Below are positions 19,380 through 31,238 of a stretch of 64,000 nt of DNA, in pieces. The notes under the pieces were generated by a model that saw only the letters and a list, made by a program, of their open reading frames with translations, was not told where the DNA came from and did not search any database. The stretch's first letter is position 1. Each line of letters starts with the position of its first letter. Source of the DNA: an uncultured cyanobacterium (GTDB taxonomy: Bacteria > Cyanobacteriota > Cyanobacteriia > Leptolyngbyales > Leptolyngbyaceae); NCBI GenBank assembly GCA_963766075.1, contig CAVYAN010000079.1:1-64000 (forward strand), given 5' to 3'. Both the position numbers and the translations under genes were made by a program.

Positions 19380-20112
19380 CCATGGGGCACTCGGCAATAT
19401 ACTGGTACGATGCCTGCCAAGCCTTAGGGCGGCCTTCATTAGTGGGAAGTACGGTGAAAGACCCGAACGTTTTCCCCCCTCATCTGGTCGCTGATGAAAA
19501 ACATAGTGGGTGGCTGGGATAGCGGATCTATATTGGTGTAACCGCAGCGATGAGGTGCTTTCTCGGCATCGGGATCGCAGAGAGTGCGGATGCTGTGGCC
19601 TTAACACCAGCCTACGGGGAATTTGCCCAAGAAGCCCGGGCGCTCAACCCGGGCTATCAGCCCCAAACCGTGAACACGGATGGGTGGGACGCAACTCAGC
19701 AAGCCTGGAAGGGATTATTCCCAGGGATTACCGTCATTCTTTGCTTTCTGCATGCAGTATTGGCCGTGCAGCAGCGATGCCGCCGTGAGCGGGGATTATT
19801 CAGCCTGATTACGGATAAATTGTGGAATTTGTATCACAGTCTGAATCGCTACCAATTTGCCCAACGCCTCCGACGGCTCAAAGCATGGGTCAACGTCACC
19901 CCCATGCCTGAGCCAGTCCTACAAAAACTTCAGAAGTTAATCGCCAATGCCCCCCGATGCCAATTGACCAAGCAAAACCACCCCATTCGTTATCTCCCTT
20001 TGAGGATCTCAATGGCTTTCGCTATCACGTCTGCTGGTTACGCAATCTCCTGATTGCGGCCTCCTTAAATGGACGGGGCTCCGGAAAATCTGTCAAACAC
20101 AAACTAAATTGA
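19380..20112 (+). pseudogene. Degenerate DDE-type transposase remnant
   Basis: Fragments LGRPSLVGSTVKDP..HLVADEKH (with a stop), VNTDGW..VILCFLH, and SPFEDLNGFRYH..WLRNLLIAASLNG lie in different frames; internal deletion ~19960. Confidence 0.65.
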
Positions 20113-20185
20113 ACCAGCAATAATCATGGCATGGCTGAGTTTGTGCTCTAATTTCTGCGACACTTCTTCTAGCGAACAGTAGTAG

Positions 20186-20296
20186 TCAACTAACCATGGG
20201 CAGTTGGATACAGAACTCCGTACCTTGATCGATCGCCGATGTCACTTCCAACCTGCCACCATGCTTTTCCACCACAATTTGACGGGCGATCGCCAA
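20186..20296 (-). pseudogene. Orphan 3' tail of a sensor histidine kinase (HATPase end)
   Basis: LAIARQIVVEKHGGRLEVTSAIDQGTEFCIQLPMVS*. Confidence 0.8.
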
Positions 20297-20411
20297 CACC
20301 TTGACCAGTGCGGCGATCGCCCTCAGCCTAGGCTATAATCGAGTCCACCTCCCTGTTCCTCGATGGTTGGTCTCAAAGGCACTCATCAAAGGTAAATTTG
20401 CCGGTAAATCT

Positions 20412-21167
20412 ATGGTTACCCAACTACCCAAGACTCACCCCAAACTAGAAATTACTTGGGAACCCTTGCCCGCCAATTTTGTCCTGCCCGATGATCCCGT
20501 GGAAAATATTCAACAACCCTTGCTCGCGGCAGCGCTGACCGACGCACTGGACGCAAACCATCGGCTCACCCCTGAAATGCTCATTGCCTCCAACTTTGGG
20601 CTAGTCGCAACGGTCAATCAAAAAACAATTGTCAAAGCCCCCGACTGGCTCTATGTTCCCAAGGTCAATCCGTTAACAGAGGGCATCATTCGTCGCAGTT
20701 ATACACCCTATGCAGAAGGCGATTCCGTCGCAATTGTGATGGAATTTCTCTCAGATGAAGATGGCAATGAGTATTCTGGCCGCCCCACCTATCCCTACGG
20801 GAAGCAATACTTTTACGAGCAAATTCTGCAAGTGCCCACCTATGCCATTTTTGACCCGAGTACGCTGCTGCTAGAAGTGCGCTGTTTACAAGCGGGACGC
20901 TATGTCCTTCAGTCTGCCAATGAACAGGGTCGATATTGGGTTCCAGAATTACAGCTATTTTTGGGAACCTGGTACGGTTTGCGAGTAGGGGTTATGACCC
21001 ATTGGCTACGCTGGTGGGATAGGGATGGGAAGCTATTGTTGTGGAATTCGGAAAAGGCTGAGCAGGAAGCAGCGAGAGCCGAGCAGGAAGCAGCGAGAGC
21101 CGAAGCTGCTGAGGCAGAAGTTGCCCGGTTGCGGGCGTTGTTACAGGATCGACCATCACCCTTGTGA
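20412..21167 (+). CDS. Uma2 family endonuclease
   Basis: LPDDPVENIQQP, APDW, VMEFLS..EY, YEQILQVPTY, WLRWWD, AEQEAAR repeat tail. Confidence 0.92.
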   Translation: MVTQLPKTHPKLEITWEPLPANFVLPDDPVENIQQPLLAAALTDALDANHRLTPEMLIASNFGLVATVNQKTIVKAPDWLYVPKVNPLTEGIIRRSYTPYAEGDSVAIVMEFLSDEDGNEYSGRPTYPYGKQYFYEQILQVPTYAIFDPSTLLLEVRCLQAGRYVLQSANEQGRYWVPELQLFLGTWYGLRVGVMTHWLRWWDRDGKLLLWNSEKAEQEAARAEQEAARAEAAEAEVARLRALLQDRPSPL

Positions 21168-21193
21168 AGGCTTCCTGATCAAGTTCGCTGGGC

Positions 21194-21255
21194 TCAAATG
21201 GGCAGGGAAATTGTCAACGTCGTGCCTTTTCCTGCAATAGAATTGACCATCGTGT
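21194..21255 (-). pseudogene. Second short histidine-kinase C-terminal remnant
   Basis: TMVNSIAGKGTTLTISLPI*. Confidence 0.5.
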
Positions 21256-21286
21256 CTGCGATCGCGCCCCAGCCTGGAGATTTGCC

Positions 21287-23221
<1,935 letters not shown>

Positions 23222-23259
23222 AGATCTTGTCTGCAAACGCTTGCGGCTTTGATTGTACC

Positions 23260-23298
23260 GCCTCAATCAGTAGCCTCAATCAGTAGCCTCAATCAGTA
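23260..23298. repeat. 13-bp tandem repeat GCCTCAATCAGTA x3
   Basis: Three exact units. Confidence 0.85.
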
Positions 23299-23339
23299 AC
23301 TAACGTGCTGGTTACAGTCCGCGATCGCACACCCTAAAA

Positions 23340-23428
23340 GATTTCCATAAAAATCTACCGCCCAAGATTGTTCCCTTCGACTCCGCTCAGGGAACGCCCT
23401 TTCACTCTGCTCAGGGAACACCCTTTCA
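23340..23428. repeat. Degenerate copy of the miniature element family
   Basis: GATTTCCATAAAAATCTACC, then GTTCCCTTCGACTCCGCTCAGGGAAC and a decayed duplicate. Confidence 0.65.
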
Positions 23429-23568
23429 CGGGTAGAGCTGTCGTCGCCCGCTGGGTAGCTGGCCGATCCCCTAGCCAGCGCACCGGGTGCAGCGCAATCT
23501 TAGAGTTTAAATCAATCCGGTAGAATAGGGCGCTAGAATGTTACGGCTGTATTCCCCACAACAAAGCC

Positions 23569-24864
23569 GTGATTGAGCGCTATACCCTGCCCGAAATGGG
23601 CAATCTGTGGACCGATACCTACAAGTTAAAAACGTGGCTGGATGTCGAAATTGCTGTCTGCGAAGCCCAAGCCGAACTGGGCTATATGCCTGCCGAGGCC
23701 GTCGAGGAAATTAAAGCAAAGGCAAAATTCGATCCCCAGCGCGTCTTAGAAATTGAGGCCACGGTCAAGCATGACGTGATCGCTTTCTTGACCAACGTCA
23801 ACGAGTATGTGGGCGATGCCGGACGCTACATTCACCTCGGTATGACCAGCTCCGACCTGTTAGATACGGCCTTGGCCCTGCAAATGCTGGCCAGTCTCGA
23901 TGTGATCATGACCCACTTGGAATCGCTCATCCAGGCGATCCGCTATCAGGCCCAGCAGCACCGCAATACCCTGATGATTGGGCGCTCCCACGGTATCCAC
24001 GCTGAACCGATCACCTTTGGCTTTAAGCTGGCGGGATGGTTGGCAGAGATGCTGCGCCATCGCGATCGCCTCTGCCAAGTCCACAAGTCCATCGCCGTCG
24101 GCAAAATCTCCGGAGCCGTGGGCACCTATGCCAATATTGAACCGCGTGTGGAAGCCCTCACCTGCCAAAAGTTGGGCCTCCAGCCCGATGCCGCGTCCAC
24201 CCAGGTGATTTCCCGCGATCGCCATGCGGAATTCCTCAACGCCCTAGCCCTGGTGACGGCGTCAATCGAACGCTTTGCCGTGGAAATTCGCAATCTGCAA
24301 CGCAGTGATGTTTTGGAAGTTGAAGAGTACTTCTCCAAGGGCCAAAAAGGCTCCTCGGCCATGCCCCACAAACGCAACCCGATCCGTTCGGAACGGCTCA
24401 CGGGCATGGCCCGTTTGGTACGCAGCTATGCCGTGGCCGGATTGGAAGATGTCGCCCTCTGGCATGAGCGGGATATTTCCCACAGCTCCGTGGAGCGGGT
24501 GGCCCTGCCCGATGCCTGCATCCTCACCCACTTTATGCTGGTGGAAACCACGGATTTGGTGAAAAATCTGCTGGTCCATCCTGATAACATGCTCCGCAAT
24601 ATGAATATCTACGGCGGGGTTGTGTTCAGTCAGCGGGTGCTGTTGACCCTGGTGGCCAAGGGCATGGGCCGCGAAGCCGCCTATGCGATCGTGCAAACCA
24701 ATGCCCACAAGGCTTGGAACAAACCGGGTGGGGATTTTCGAGCGCTCCTGACGCAAGATCCTCAGGTGATGGAAAAGCTGTCGGCTGCCGAGCTGGATGC
24801 TTGCTTTGATCCGACCCATCACCTGAAGCACTTGGATGCCGTCTATCAGCGTTTGGGGATTTAA
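23569..24864 (+). CDS. purB: Adenylosuccinate lyase
   Basis: IERYT, HDVIAF, GRSHGIHAEP, GSSAMPHKRNP, WHERDISHSS. Confidence 0.98.
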   Translation: MIERYTLPEMGNLWTDTYKLKTWLDVEIAVCEAQAELGYMPAEAVEEIKAKAKFDPQRVLEIEATVKHDVIAFLTNVNEYVGDAGRYIHLGMTSSDLLDTALALQMLASLDVIMTHLESLIQAIRYQAQQHRNTLMIGRSHGIHAEPITFGFKLAGWLAEMLRHRDRLCQVHKSIAVGKISGAVGTYANIEPRVEALTCQKLGLQPDAASTQVISRDRHAEFLNALALVTASIERFAVEIRNLQRSDVLEVEEYFSKGQKGSSAMPHKRNPIRSERLTGMARLVRSYAVAGLEDVALWHERDISHSSVERVALPDACILTHFMLVETTDLVKNLLVHPDNMLRNMNIYGGVVFSQRVLLTLVAKGMGREAAYAIVQTNAHKAWNKPGGDFRALLTQDPQVMEKLSAAELDACFDPTHHLKHLDAVYQRLGI

Positions 24865-24884
24865 GGGGCCTTGGGGAAGAGGGC

Positions 24885-25973
24885 CTACCGCACCAAATCG
24901 GGAAAGACCTCTTGGACAGCGGGATGCAGCAGGCGATCGCCCTTGACGTTCAGGCCCTTGCCCAGGGCCACATCCTGCTCTAATGCCTCCAGGCCCAACT
25001 TGGCCAACTTCAGCACATAGGGCAACGTACTGTGATTCAGGGCTTGGGTAGCGGTCCAAGGCACGGCCCCCGGCATGTTGGGTACTCCGTAGTGCACGAC
25101 CCCTTCGTCAATATAGGTGGGCTGGCTGTGGGACGTTGGCTTGAGGGTTTCGATACAGCCCCCTTGATCCACTGCCACATCTACCAAGACGGACCCCGAT
25201 CGCATCGTCTGCACCAAGTGGCGCGGTACTAGAATGGGCGCACGCTTGCCGGGGACCAGCACGGCCCCAATCAGCAAATCCGCCTCTGGAACAGCCGCTT
25301 CCACCGTGGCAGAACTGCTATACAGCAACGTGATCCGCGAGCCAAATAGGGTTTCCAGATAGGCCAGCCGATCCACATTCACATCCAAAATGGTCACCTG
25401 TGCGCCTAGGCCCACGGCCATCCGGGCCGCTTCGGTGCCGACAATGCCGCCACCCAAAATCACGACTTTTCCAGGCTGCACCCCTGGAACGCCGCCCAGC
25501 AGCACGCCCCGCCCACCCTGCTGCCGCTCTAAAAAATGGGCTCCAAATTGCACGGACAGACGACCGGCAATAATGCTCATGGGCGTCAGCAAGGGCAGAC
25601 GGCGATCGGGGAGTTCGACGGTTTCGTAGGCGATCGCCGTTACCCCGGTCTGCATCAATTGCTCGGTCAACTGCCGATTGGCGGCCAAATGTAAATAGGT
25701 AAAAAGCAGTTGCCCGGTTTGCAGGCGGGGATACTCGGCCACCAGCGGTTCTTTGACCTTGACGACGAGCTCTCGGGTCCAGGCAGCCGCGGCATCGGCG
25801 ACGATTTTTCCCCCCGCTTGACTGTAGTCGGCATCGCTGAAGCCGGATCCTTCGCCCGCGCCAGTTTCTATATAAACGGTATGGCCCTGTTCGGCGAGTG
25901 CTCGCACGCTGCTGGGACTCAACCCCACCCGAAACTCCTGATCTTTGGTTTCCTTGGGCACCCCAATTTCCAT
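24885..25973 (-). CDS. ald: Alanine dehydrogenase
   Basis: IGVPKE..EFRV, VKVKEP, TYLHLAA, DVAVDQGG, VPNMPGAVP. Confidence 0.97.
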   Translation of the reverse strand: MEIGVPKETKDQEFRVGLSPSSVRALAEQGHTVYIETGAGEGSGFSDADYSQAGGKIVADAAAAWTRELVVKVKEPLVAEYPRLQTGQLLFTYLHLAANRQLTEQLMQTGVTAIAYETVELPDRRLPLLTPMSIIAGRLSVQFGAHFLERQQGGRGVLLGGVPGVQPGKVVILGGGIVGTEAARMAVGLGAQVTILDVNVDRLAYLETLFGSRITLLYSSSATVEAAVPEADLLIGAVLVPGKRAPILVPRHLVQTMRSGSVLVDVAVDQGGCIETLKPTSHSQPTYIDEGVVHYGVPNMPGAVPWTATQALNHSTLPYVLKLAKLGLEALEQDVALGKGLNVKGDRLLHPAVQEVFPDLVR

Positions 25974-26225
25974 GTGTTATTCCTCGTCAGCAGCTATCCT
26001 CTCTAGCTTAGGTCGGGTTGGTTAACTCTGCTGTGCTCTCCATCAGCAATTGGCACGGAGAGCGTCCTGTGCGAGCGAAAGAGTGATAGAGAAAGCGCGC
26101 TAGGAAAAGAGCGTGTCAGAAGAGAGCGTTCGGTGCGATCGCAGGTTTAGCGGATACGCTGGAAATCGATCATTCACCCAACGCGGGCAATGATGGCGGT
26201 AGTTAGCTTAGGAACAGAAAGAGTC

Positions 26226-26672
26226 ATGGCAATCCATCGATGTTTATGGCTTGGCCTCGGCTGCAATCGAGGCAGTTCTAGAACCCTGATTGCCCACGCC
26301 GTGCAGGGTATCTTGCAGGAGCAGGATTTAGAAATGGCCGCGATCGCCGCCATCACCACCCTCGACACCAAAATGGCTGAAGCCGGGTTAGTGGCGTTTT
26401 GTCGCGATCACCACGTGCCCCTGCGGGGGTTCCGCGCCGACCAGCTTCACGCCGTTTCGGTCCCCCACCCCAGCCCGACCATCCAGCCCGCCGTGGGCAC
26501 CCCCAGCGTGGCCGAAGCGGCTGCCCTGCTGAGTTGTCAAACCTGGGGCGGCGGTCATGCGATCCTACACGTTCCCAAGACCATCATCCGCATCCCCGGC
26601 GAACCGGGAGCCGTGACCCTGGCCATCGCCATGGCTCCCCCGGACTCAGCCGTCCCCGATTCTTCCCCATAA
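26226..26672 (+). CDS. Cobalamin biosynthesis CobE/CbiG C-terminal domain protein
   Basis: GLGCNRG, K..EAGL, GTPSVAEAAAL, VTLAIA. Confidence 0.88.
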   Translation: MAIHRCLWLGLGCNRGSSRTLIAHAVQGILQEQDLEMAAIAAITTLDTKMAEAGLVAFCRDHHVPLRGFRADQLHAVSVPHPSPTIQPAVGTPSVAEAAALLSCQTWGGGHAILHVPKTIIRIPGEPGAVTLAIAMAPPDSAVPDSSP

Positions 26673-26727
26673 AAATTTACAATTGCCCTTTAAACTAAAG
26701 AAGCACCCTTTTTCGAGCGCGATCGCC

Positions 26728-27291
26728 ATGATTCCCACCGTCCTTCGGTCCATCCTGTCCCGTCTGCGGGCGACCATTCTGCCCCTGTTGCTCGTTGTTC
26801 TGGCCTGCGGCAGTTTCATCCTGCCCGCCTATGCCGCTGCCAGTGGGGCTGCCGTCGGACGCTCCTATTCCGAGCAATACACCCCCAATGCCGCCTATGA
26901 CAGCGCGGAACTGACCGGACGCAACTTTGCGGGCGAAGACCTGCGTACCGCCGAATTTGCCAACTCCAATCTGAGCCACGCCAACTTTACCAATGCCAAC
27001 TTAGAAGGGGCGGTGTTTAGTGCGGCGGCGATCGCCGATGCCACCTTCCATGGGGCCAACCTAAACCAGGCGATGATGGACACGATTCGCCTCACCAATG
27101 TGGATCTCAGCGACGCGACCCTGGTGGATGCCATGCTGCTGCGTACTCTGTTTCGCAACGTTGATATTACTGGCGCTGATTTTTCAGGGGCCATTCTCGA
27201 CCGGCTGCAAACCAAAGCGCTGTGCAGCGTGGCGACGGGGGTGAATTCAAAAACGGGGGTGGCGACGAAGGAGTCTTTGGGTTGTCAATGA
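26728..27291 (+). CDS. Secreted/lumenal pentapeptide repeat protein
   Basis: Signal peptide, A(D/N)Lxx repeats, C-terminal LC..ATGVNSKTGVATKESLGC. Confidence 0.92.
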   Translation: MIPTVLRSILSRLRATILPLLLVVLACGSFILPAYAAASGAAVGRSYSEQYTPNAAYDSAELTGRNFAGEDLRTAEFANSNLSHANFTNANLEGAVFSAAAIADATFHGANLNQAMMDTIRLTNVDLSDATLVDAMLLRTLFRNVDITGADFSGAILDRLQTKALCSVATGVNSKTGVATKESLGCQ

Positions 27292-27468
27292 TTCTGGGCT
27301 GTATAAAAAATCGGCTTTACTTAGAGATTGGCTTTATTAGGGATATGGCGCTTTAAGGGATACTGGATCGCGCGTCGTTACGCTAAGAGAATCCCAAGCA
27401 ATAAATGATCCAACGGATTCACCCTAGGATGGGCATGGGCGATCGCTTGCGCTCATCGCCAAGGCTTT

Positions 27469-27502
27469 GTAGAGGATGGGCACGAAAGCTTTGCCCATCC
27501 TC
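27469..27502. repeat. GTAG-type REP-like palindrome
   Basis: GAGGATGGGCA (27472-27482) pairs with TGCCCATCCTC (27492-27502); GTAG at 27469; half copy at 27425. Confidence 0.55.
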
Positions 27503-27611
27503 CTGAAGTGGGAGAGATCATTTTTTTAGGTGGCGCACTCTAAAAGGATAGCGCTACGCACTGCTAGATAAGAGTATTGGCCATGCGAGAGAATTGGGAA
27601 TGGATGCGGAG

Positions 27612-28769
27612 ATGATACAGCACCGAGTGGGGATTATTGGGGGGGGACAACTGGCTTGGATGATGGCAGCGGCGGCCCAGAAATGGCATATCCAACTCAC
27701 CGTGCAAACGCCATCGCCGACAGATCCCGCTGTGGCGATTGCCCAGCACACCCTCCTGGCCCCGATTGCCGACGCTAATGCCACGGCCCAACTCGCCCGC
27801 GAAACGGATTGCATCACGTTTGAGAATGAATTTGTCGATTTAGAGGCCCTAGCCAGTTTGGCGGCTCAGGGGGTTTGCTTTCGTCCCAGTCTGGCCACAC
27901 TGACGCCGTTACTTGATAAGTATTCCCAACGGAAATTCTTTCAGTCCCTGGGGTTGCCCACCCCCCGTGTCGCCCAAGTCGATCCCCAAAGCGTCCCGTA
28001 TTGGGACTATCCCGTGGTCATCAAAACGCGGCGACATGGCTATGACGGCCAGGGAACGTTTGTGGTGCAATCGGCAACGGAAGGCGCAGCTTTATTGCAG
28101 CAACTCGGCGATCGCCCCCTCTTGGTAGAAGACTTTATTCCCTTTGATCGCGAGCTGGCAGTAATTGCCGCCCGCTCTGTTCGGGGAGATGTGGTGCTGT
28201 ATCCGCTGGTCGAAACCCAGCAAGAAGATCAAGTCTGTCGGCGGGTATTTGCCCCCGCAGAGGTTACGGCAGCACTTGTGGCTCAGGCAACGGCGATTGC
28301 AGAAACTCTATTTCAGGCTTTAAACACGGTGGGAGTGATGGCGATCGAGCTGTTTCTCACCCGCGATGGCAACCTGTGGATTAACGAAATCGCACCTCGG
28401 GTGCATAATTCGGGGCATTTTTCCCTGGACGCCTGTGTTACATCGCAATTTGAGCAACACCTGCGGGCGGTTTGCGATTTGCCCTTGGGCAGTACCGCGA
28501 TGCACTGTGATGGAGCTGTAATGGTGAATCTCCTGGGCTATGAAGACTCCGTAAATGATTATTCAGAGAAACGCCAAACCTTGGCAAAAATTCCCAATGC
28601 CCATGTCTATTGGTATGGCAAAACCGAGTCTCGTGTGGGGCGTAAGTTAGGCCACGTGACGGTGTTGTTGACAGGCGCAGCAGCAACGCGGGACGCGGCG
28701 ATCGCCCTAGCGCAGCATATCGAGTCCCTTTGGTATCCCGAGAAGCAAAACAACATCTCCTCAGTCTGA
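27612..28769 (+). CDS. purK: N5-CAIR synthase
   Basis: GIIGGGQLAWM, TFENE, GYDGQG, NEIAPRVHNSGH, SQFEQHLRA, GRKLGH. Confidence 0.97.
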   Translation: MIQHRVGIIGGGQLAWMMAAAAQKWHIQLTVQTPSPTDPAVAIAQHTLLAPIADANATAQLARETDCITFENEFVDLEALASLAAQGVCFRPSLATLTPLLDKYSQRKFFQSLGLPTPRVAQVDPQSVPYWDYPVVIKTRRHGYDGQGTFVVQSATEGAALLQQLGDRPLLVEDFIPFDRELAVIAARSVRGDVVLYPLVETQQEDQVCRRVFAPAEVTAALVAQATAIAETLFQALNTVGVMAIELFLTRDGNLWINEIAPRVHNSGHFSLDACVTSQFEQHLRAVCDLPLGSTAMHCDGAVMVNLLGYEDSVNDYSEKRQTLAKIPNAHVYWYGKTESRVGRKLGHVTVLLTGAAATRDAAIALAQHIESLWYPEKQNNISSV

Positions 28770-28838
28770 GGTCAAACGATGTCAAACGGATGTCAAATTT
28801 TTTATCACAACAGCAACGGGAAGCTCTTAAAGCGACCG

Positions 28839-28975
28839 CTGGCTACCCTGCGGGAAGCAAACTACGACTCTGCTCAGCCGGCGGAAGATTGCTCCCTTCG
28901 ACTCCGCTCAGGGAGCAATCCGCTCAGGAAACAATCCGGGTCGGCTCAGGGAGCAATCCGGGTCGGTAGATTCTT
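28839..28975. repeat. Inverted copy of the miniature element family
   Basis: Reverse complement of the 3894-4010 core; one hairpin module empty, the other carries the GTAG insert. Confidence 0.8.
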
Positions 28976-29056
28976 TTATTTCCTAAGTATCCAACTGTTG
29001 GATAAGTCGCGTCGGATAATTTGCATTGATACAAGTTATCCCAGTCTGACCCTCAC

Positions 29057-30427
29057 CTAGTAATACTCCCGAGAAATGGGGAGATCCAGCCACCGACTCA
29101 ATTCCTGAGCCAACCATTCCAACTCCGCTCGAGAATTCACGGTCACGGCACAGGTTTGGGTTCCGATCCAGAGCACAACCTGTCGCTGATTAGCCCTTGG
29201 GGGCACCGTTAATTTCCAAACATGGCGTTTTGGGGCATCAATAAACCGATTGAACCGCCAACCCCACAGTTCGCGCTGTACCCAGAATTGGTCTTGATTA
29301 ATCTGTATGCGGGTCCGCCCAAACAGACTGGAAATCATCAGAAAGGGCAGCGCACAAAGAATCCACAGGGAGTAGGCGATCAGCGGAAACAGTAAGAGTG
29401 CAGAGAACCCAATAAACAGCAGTGTGCCACAGGAGGTGGCTTTGGGCGTACCCACATAGCGCGAAGCCAGCAACAATTCCAAGGCATCGCTATGCTGCTG
29501 GTGCTCAATTTTGCTGCTGAGGGGCTGCGACAGCCGCGCTGACCGATCGCCCGATGTCGCCACTTGGGCCGTTTGCAAACTGATTAGTGCTTTTTGAGCG
29601 GTGGCAGGCCGCTTGCTGAGGCTGGGTTCTGTCATCCACGCCAGCCACCGGGTAAAACTGGGACTGAGGTTCGTGGCCTGCTGAAAGTCTAGACGCAGAT
29701 CCGTTTGAGGCAGATCAGCGGGATGCTGGCCGGTGACCAGGTAAATCAAGGTCGCTCCCAGACTATATAGATCTGAGGCCGGAACAGCCCGTCCGCCAAA
29801 CTGTTCCGGCGGCATATAGCCATAGGTGCCCACTACGGTGATTGTGCCGCCTTCACGGGCAGCTAGGGTTTGCACGGAACCAAAATCGACCAAATAGACT
29901 TGACCAGGACTGTTACCGGAGCGATCGCCCAGTAGAATGTTGCTGGGTTTCAGGTCACGGTGGATGACAGCGGGCTGGCGATCGTGGAGGAATATCAAAA
30001 TCTTCAGCAAGGATTGGGCCAATTGCTTGACCTCCGGTTCGGTAAAGCTGGCTCCCGACTTGAGGCGCTGTTCTAGGGATGGAGCGTTGATATAGCCTTG
30101 GACGATGGCAAAGCCTTTGCCCAAGGCCGTCTCAAATTCAAACGAATCCAAATAGGGGGGAATAGCCGAATGAGAAAGCGATCGCAGCGTTTCGGCTTCC
30201 CGCTCAAACAGTTTCAGGTCATCCCAATGAAAATCTGGGCTAAAGGTCAGCAACTTGACCACAACCTGGGCCTGGGTCTGTAAGTCCGTGGCCCGCCAGG
30301 TTTGCCGTCCCGCTTTTTTGCCGAGGAGGTAGGTGGGCTGATAGCGATCGCCCAGTAGGGGCAGTGGTGCTTCCCGCGCGCCATCGTCAGCATACGAGGA
30401 GAAACCTGGATCAGATAAAGATGTCAT
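29057..30427 (-). CDS. Serine/threonine protein kinase with a C-terminal membrane region
   Basis: VVVKLL, HRDLKPSN, DFG, GTYGYMPPEQ, SDLYSLG. Confidence 0.95.
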   Translation of the reverse strand: MTSLSDPGFSSYADDGAREAPLPLLGDRYQPTYLLGKKAGRQTWRATDLQTQAQVVVKLLTFSPDFHWDDLKLFEREAETLRSLSHSAIPPYLDSFEFETALGKGFAIVQGYINAPSLEQRLKSGASFTEPEVKQLAQSLLKILIFLHDRQPAVIHRDLKPSNILLGDRSGNSPGQVYLVDFGSVQTLAAREGGTITVVGTYGYMPPEQFGGRAVPASDLYSLGATLIYLVTGQHPADLPQTDLRLDFQQATNLSPSFTRWLAWMTEPSLSKRPATAQKALISLQTAQVATSGDRSARLSQPLSSKIEHQQHSDALELLLASRYVGTPKATSCGTLLFIGFSALLLFPLIAYSLWILCALPFLMISSLFGRTRIQINQDQFWVQRELWGWRFNRFIDAPKRHVWKLTVPPRANQRQVVLWIGTQTCAVTVNSRAELEWLAQELSRWLDLPISREYY

Positions 30428-30609
30428 ACATGCACGTCATAGACAGCCGAACCTCAGCCAGCCTGCTGCATAAATTCAACCCGAACAGAATTTATTGCCA
30501 CGGTGCGAGGCTACTCCTGTTCTAACACCCACTAGAGGGTTCTTGGTAATCTTGGGCAAGACGGCCAATGGTGCGATGGATTAGTCCTGGAGCAACCCTG
30601 TGGGCAACC

Positions 30610-31149
30610 TCACCGCTCAGCCGTGCAAACAATTTGGGCCTGATATTCTTTTTCACTCATCAGATCTTGGGTGCTACGGACCCGATCCAAAAAGACAATG
30701 CCATCTAAATGGTCCAGCTCGTGCTGAAAAATCCGAGCGACAAAATCGGTCAGCTTCTGCTGATACAGTTGGCCATCACGTCCGGTGTACTCCACGGTGA
30801 TGGCCGTATAACGCGGGACTAATCCCCGAAGACCAGGGACACTCAGACAACCTTCCCAGCCCAATGCTGTTGCCTTGCCATGGGCGATGATCTGGGGGTT
30901 GATCATGGCCGTTGGCGTCATGGCTGGAGCCTGGGGATAACGGGGGTTGGGGCGAGAAGCCACAATGAATAGGCGATCTCCCCGACCCGCCTGAGGAGCC
31001 GCAATGCCGACCCCGTTGGCCTGGGTCACGGTTAGAATCAGATCATCAATCAGGGTTTGTAAGCGATCGCTGGCTAAATCAATCACGGGATGCGATCGCT
31101 GCCGCAGTGCGGGGTTTCCCAATTCGATGACAGTCAACGTCTGTGCCAT
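30610..31149 (-). CDS. def: Peptide deformylase
   Basis: GVGIAAPQ, EGCLS, QHELDHLDG. Confidence 0.97.
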   Translation of the reverse strand: MAQTLTVIELGNPALRQRSHPVIDLASDRLQTLIDDLILTVTQANGVGIAAPQAGRGDRLFIVASRPNPRYPQAPAMTPTAMINPQIIAHGKATALGWEGCLSVPGLRGLVPRYTAITVEYTGRDGQLYQQKLTDFVARIFQHELDHLDGIVFLDRVRSTQDLMSEKEYQAQIVCTAER

Positions 31150-31238
31150 AGCACTCTCCAGCCCTCAGGTAAATTGTTCCAGCTAAAACTGCTCTAAGTT
31201 AATTGCTTCAATTAAATTGGAACAATTAACTTAGAGAC

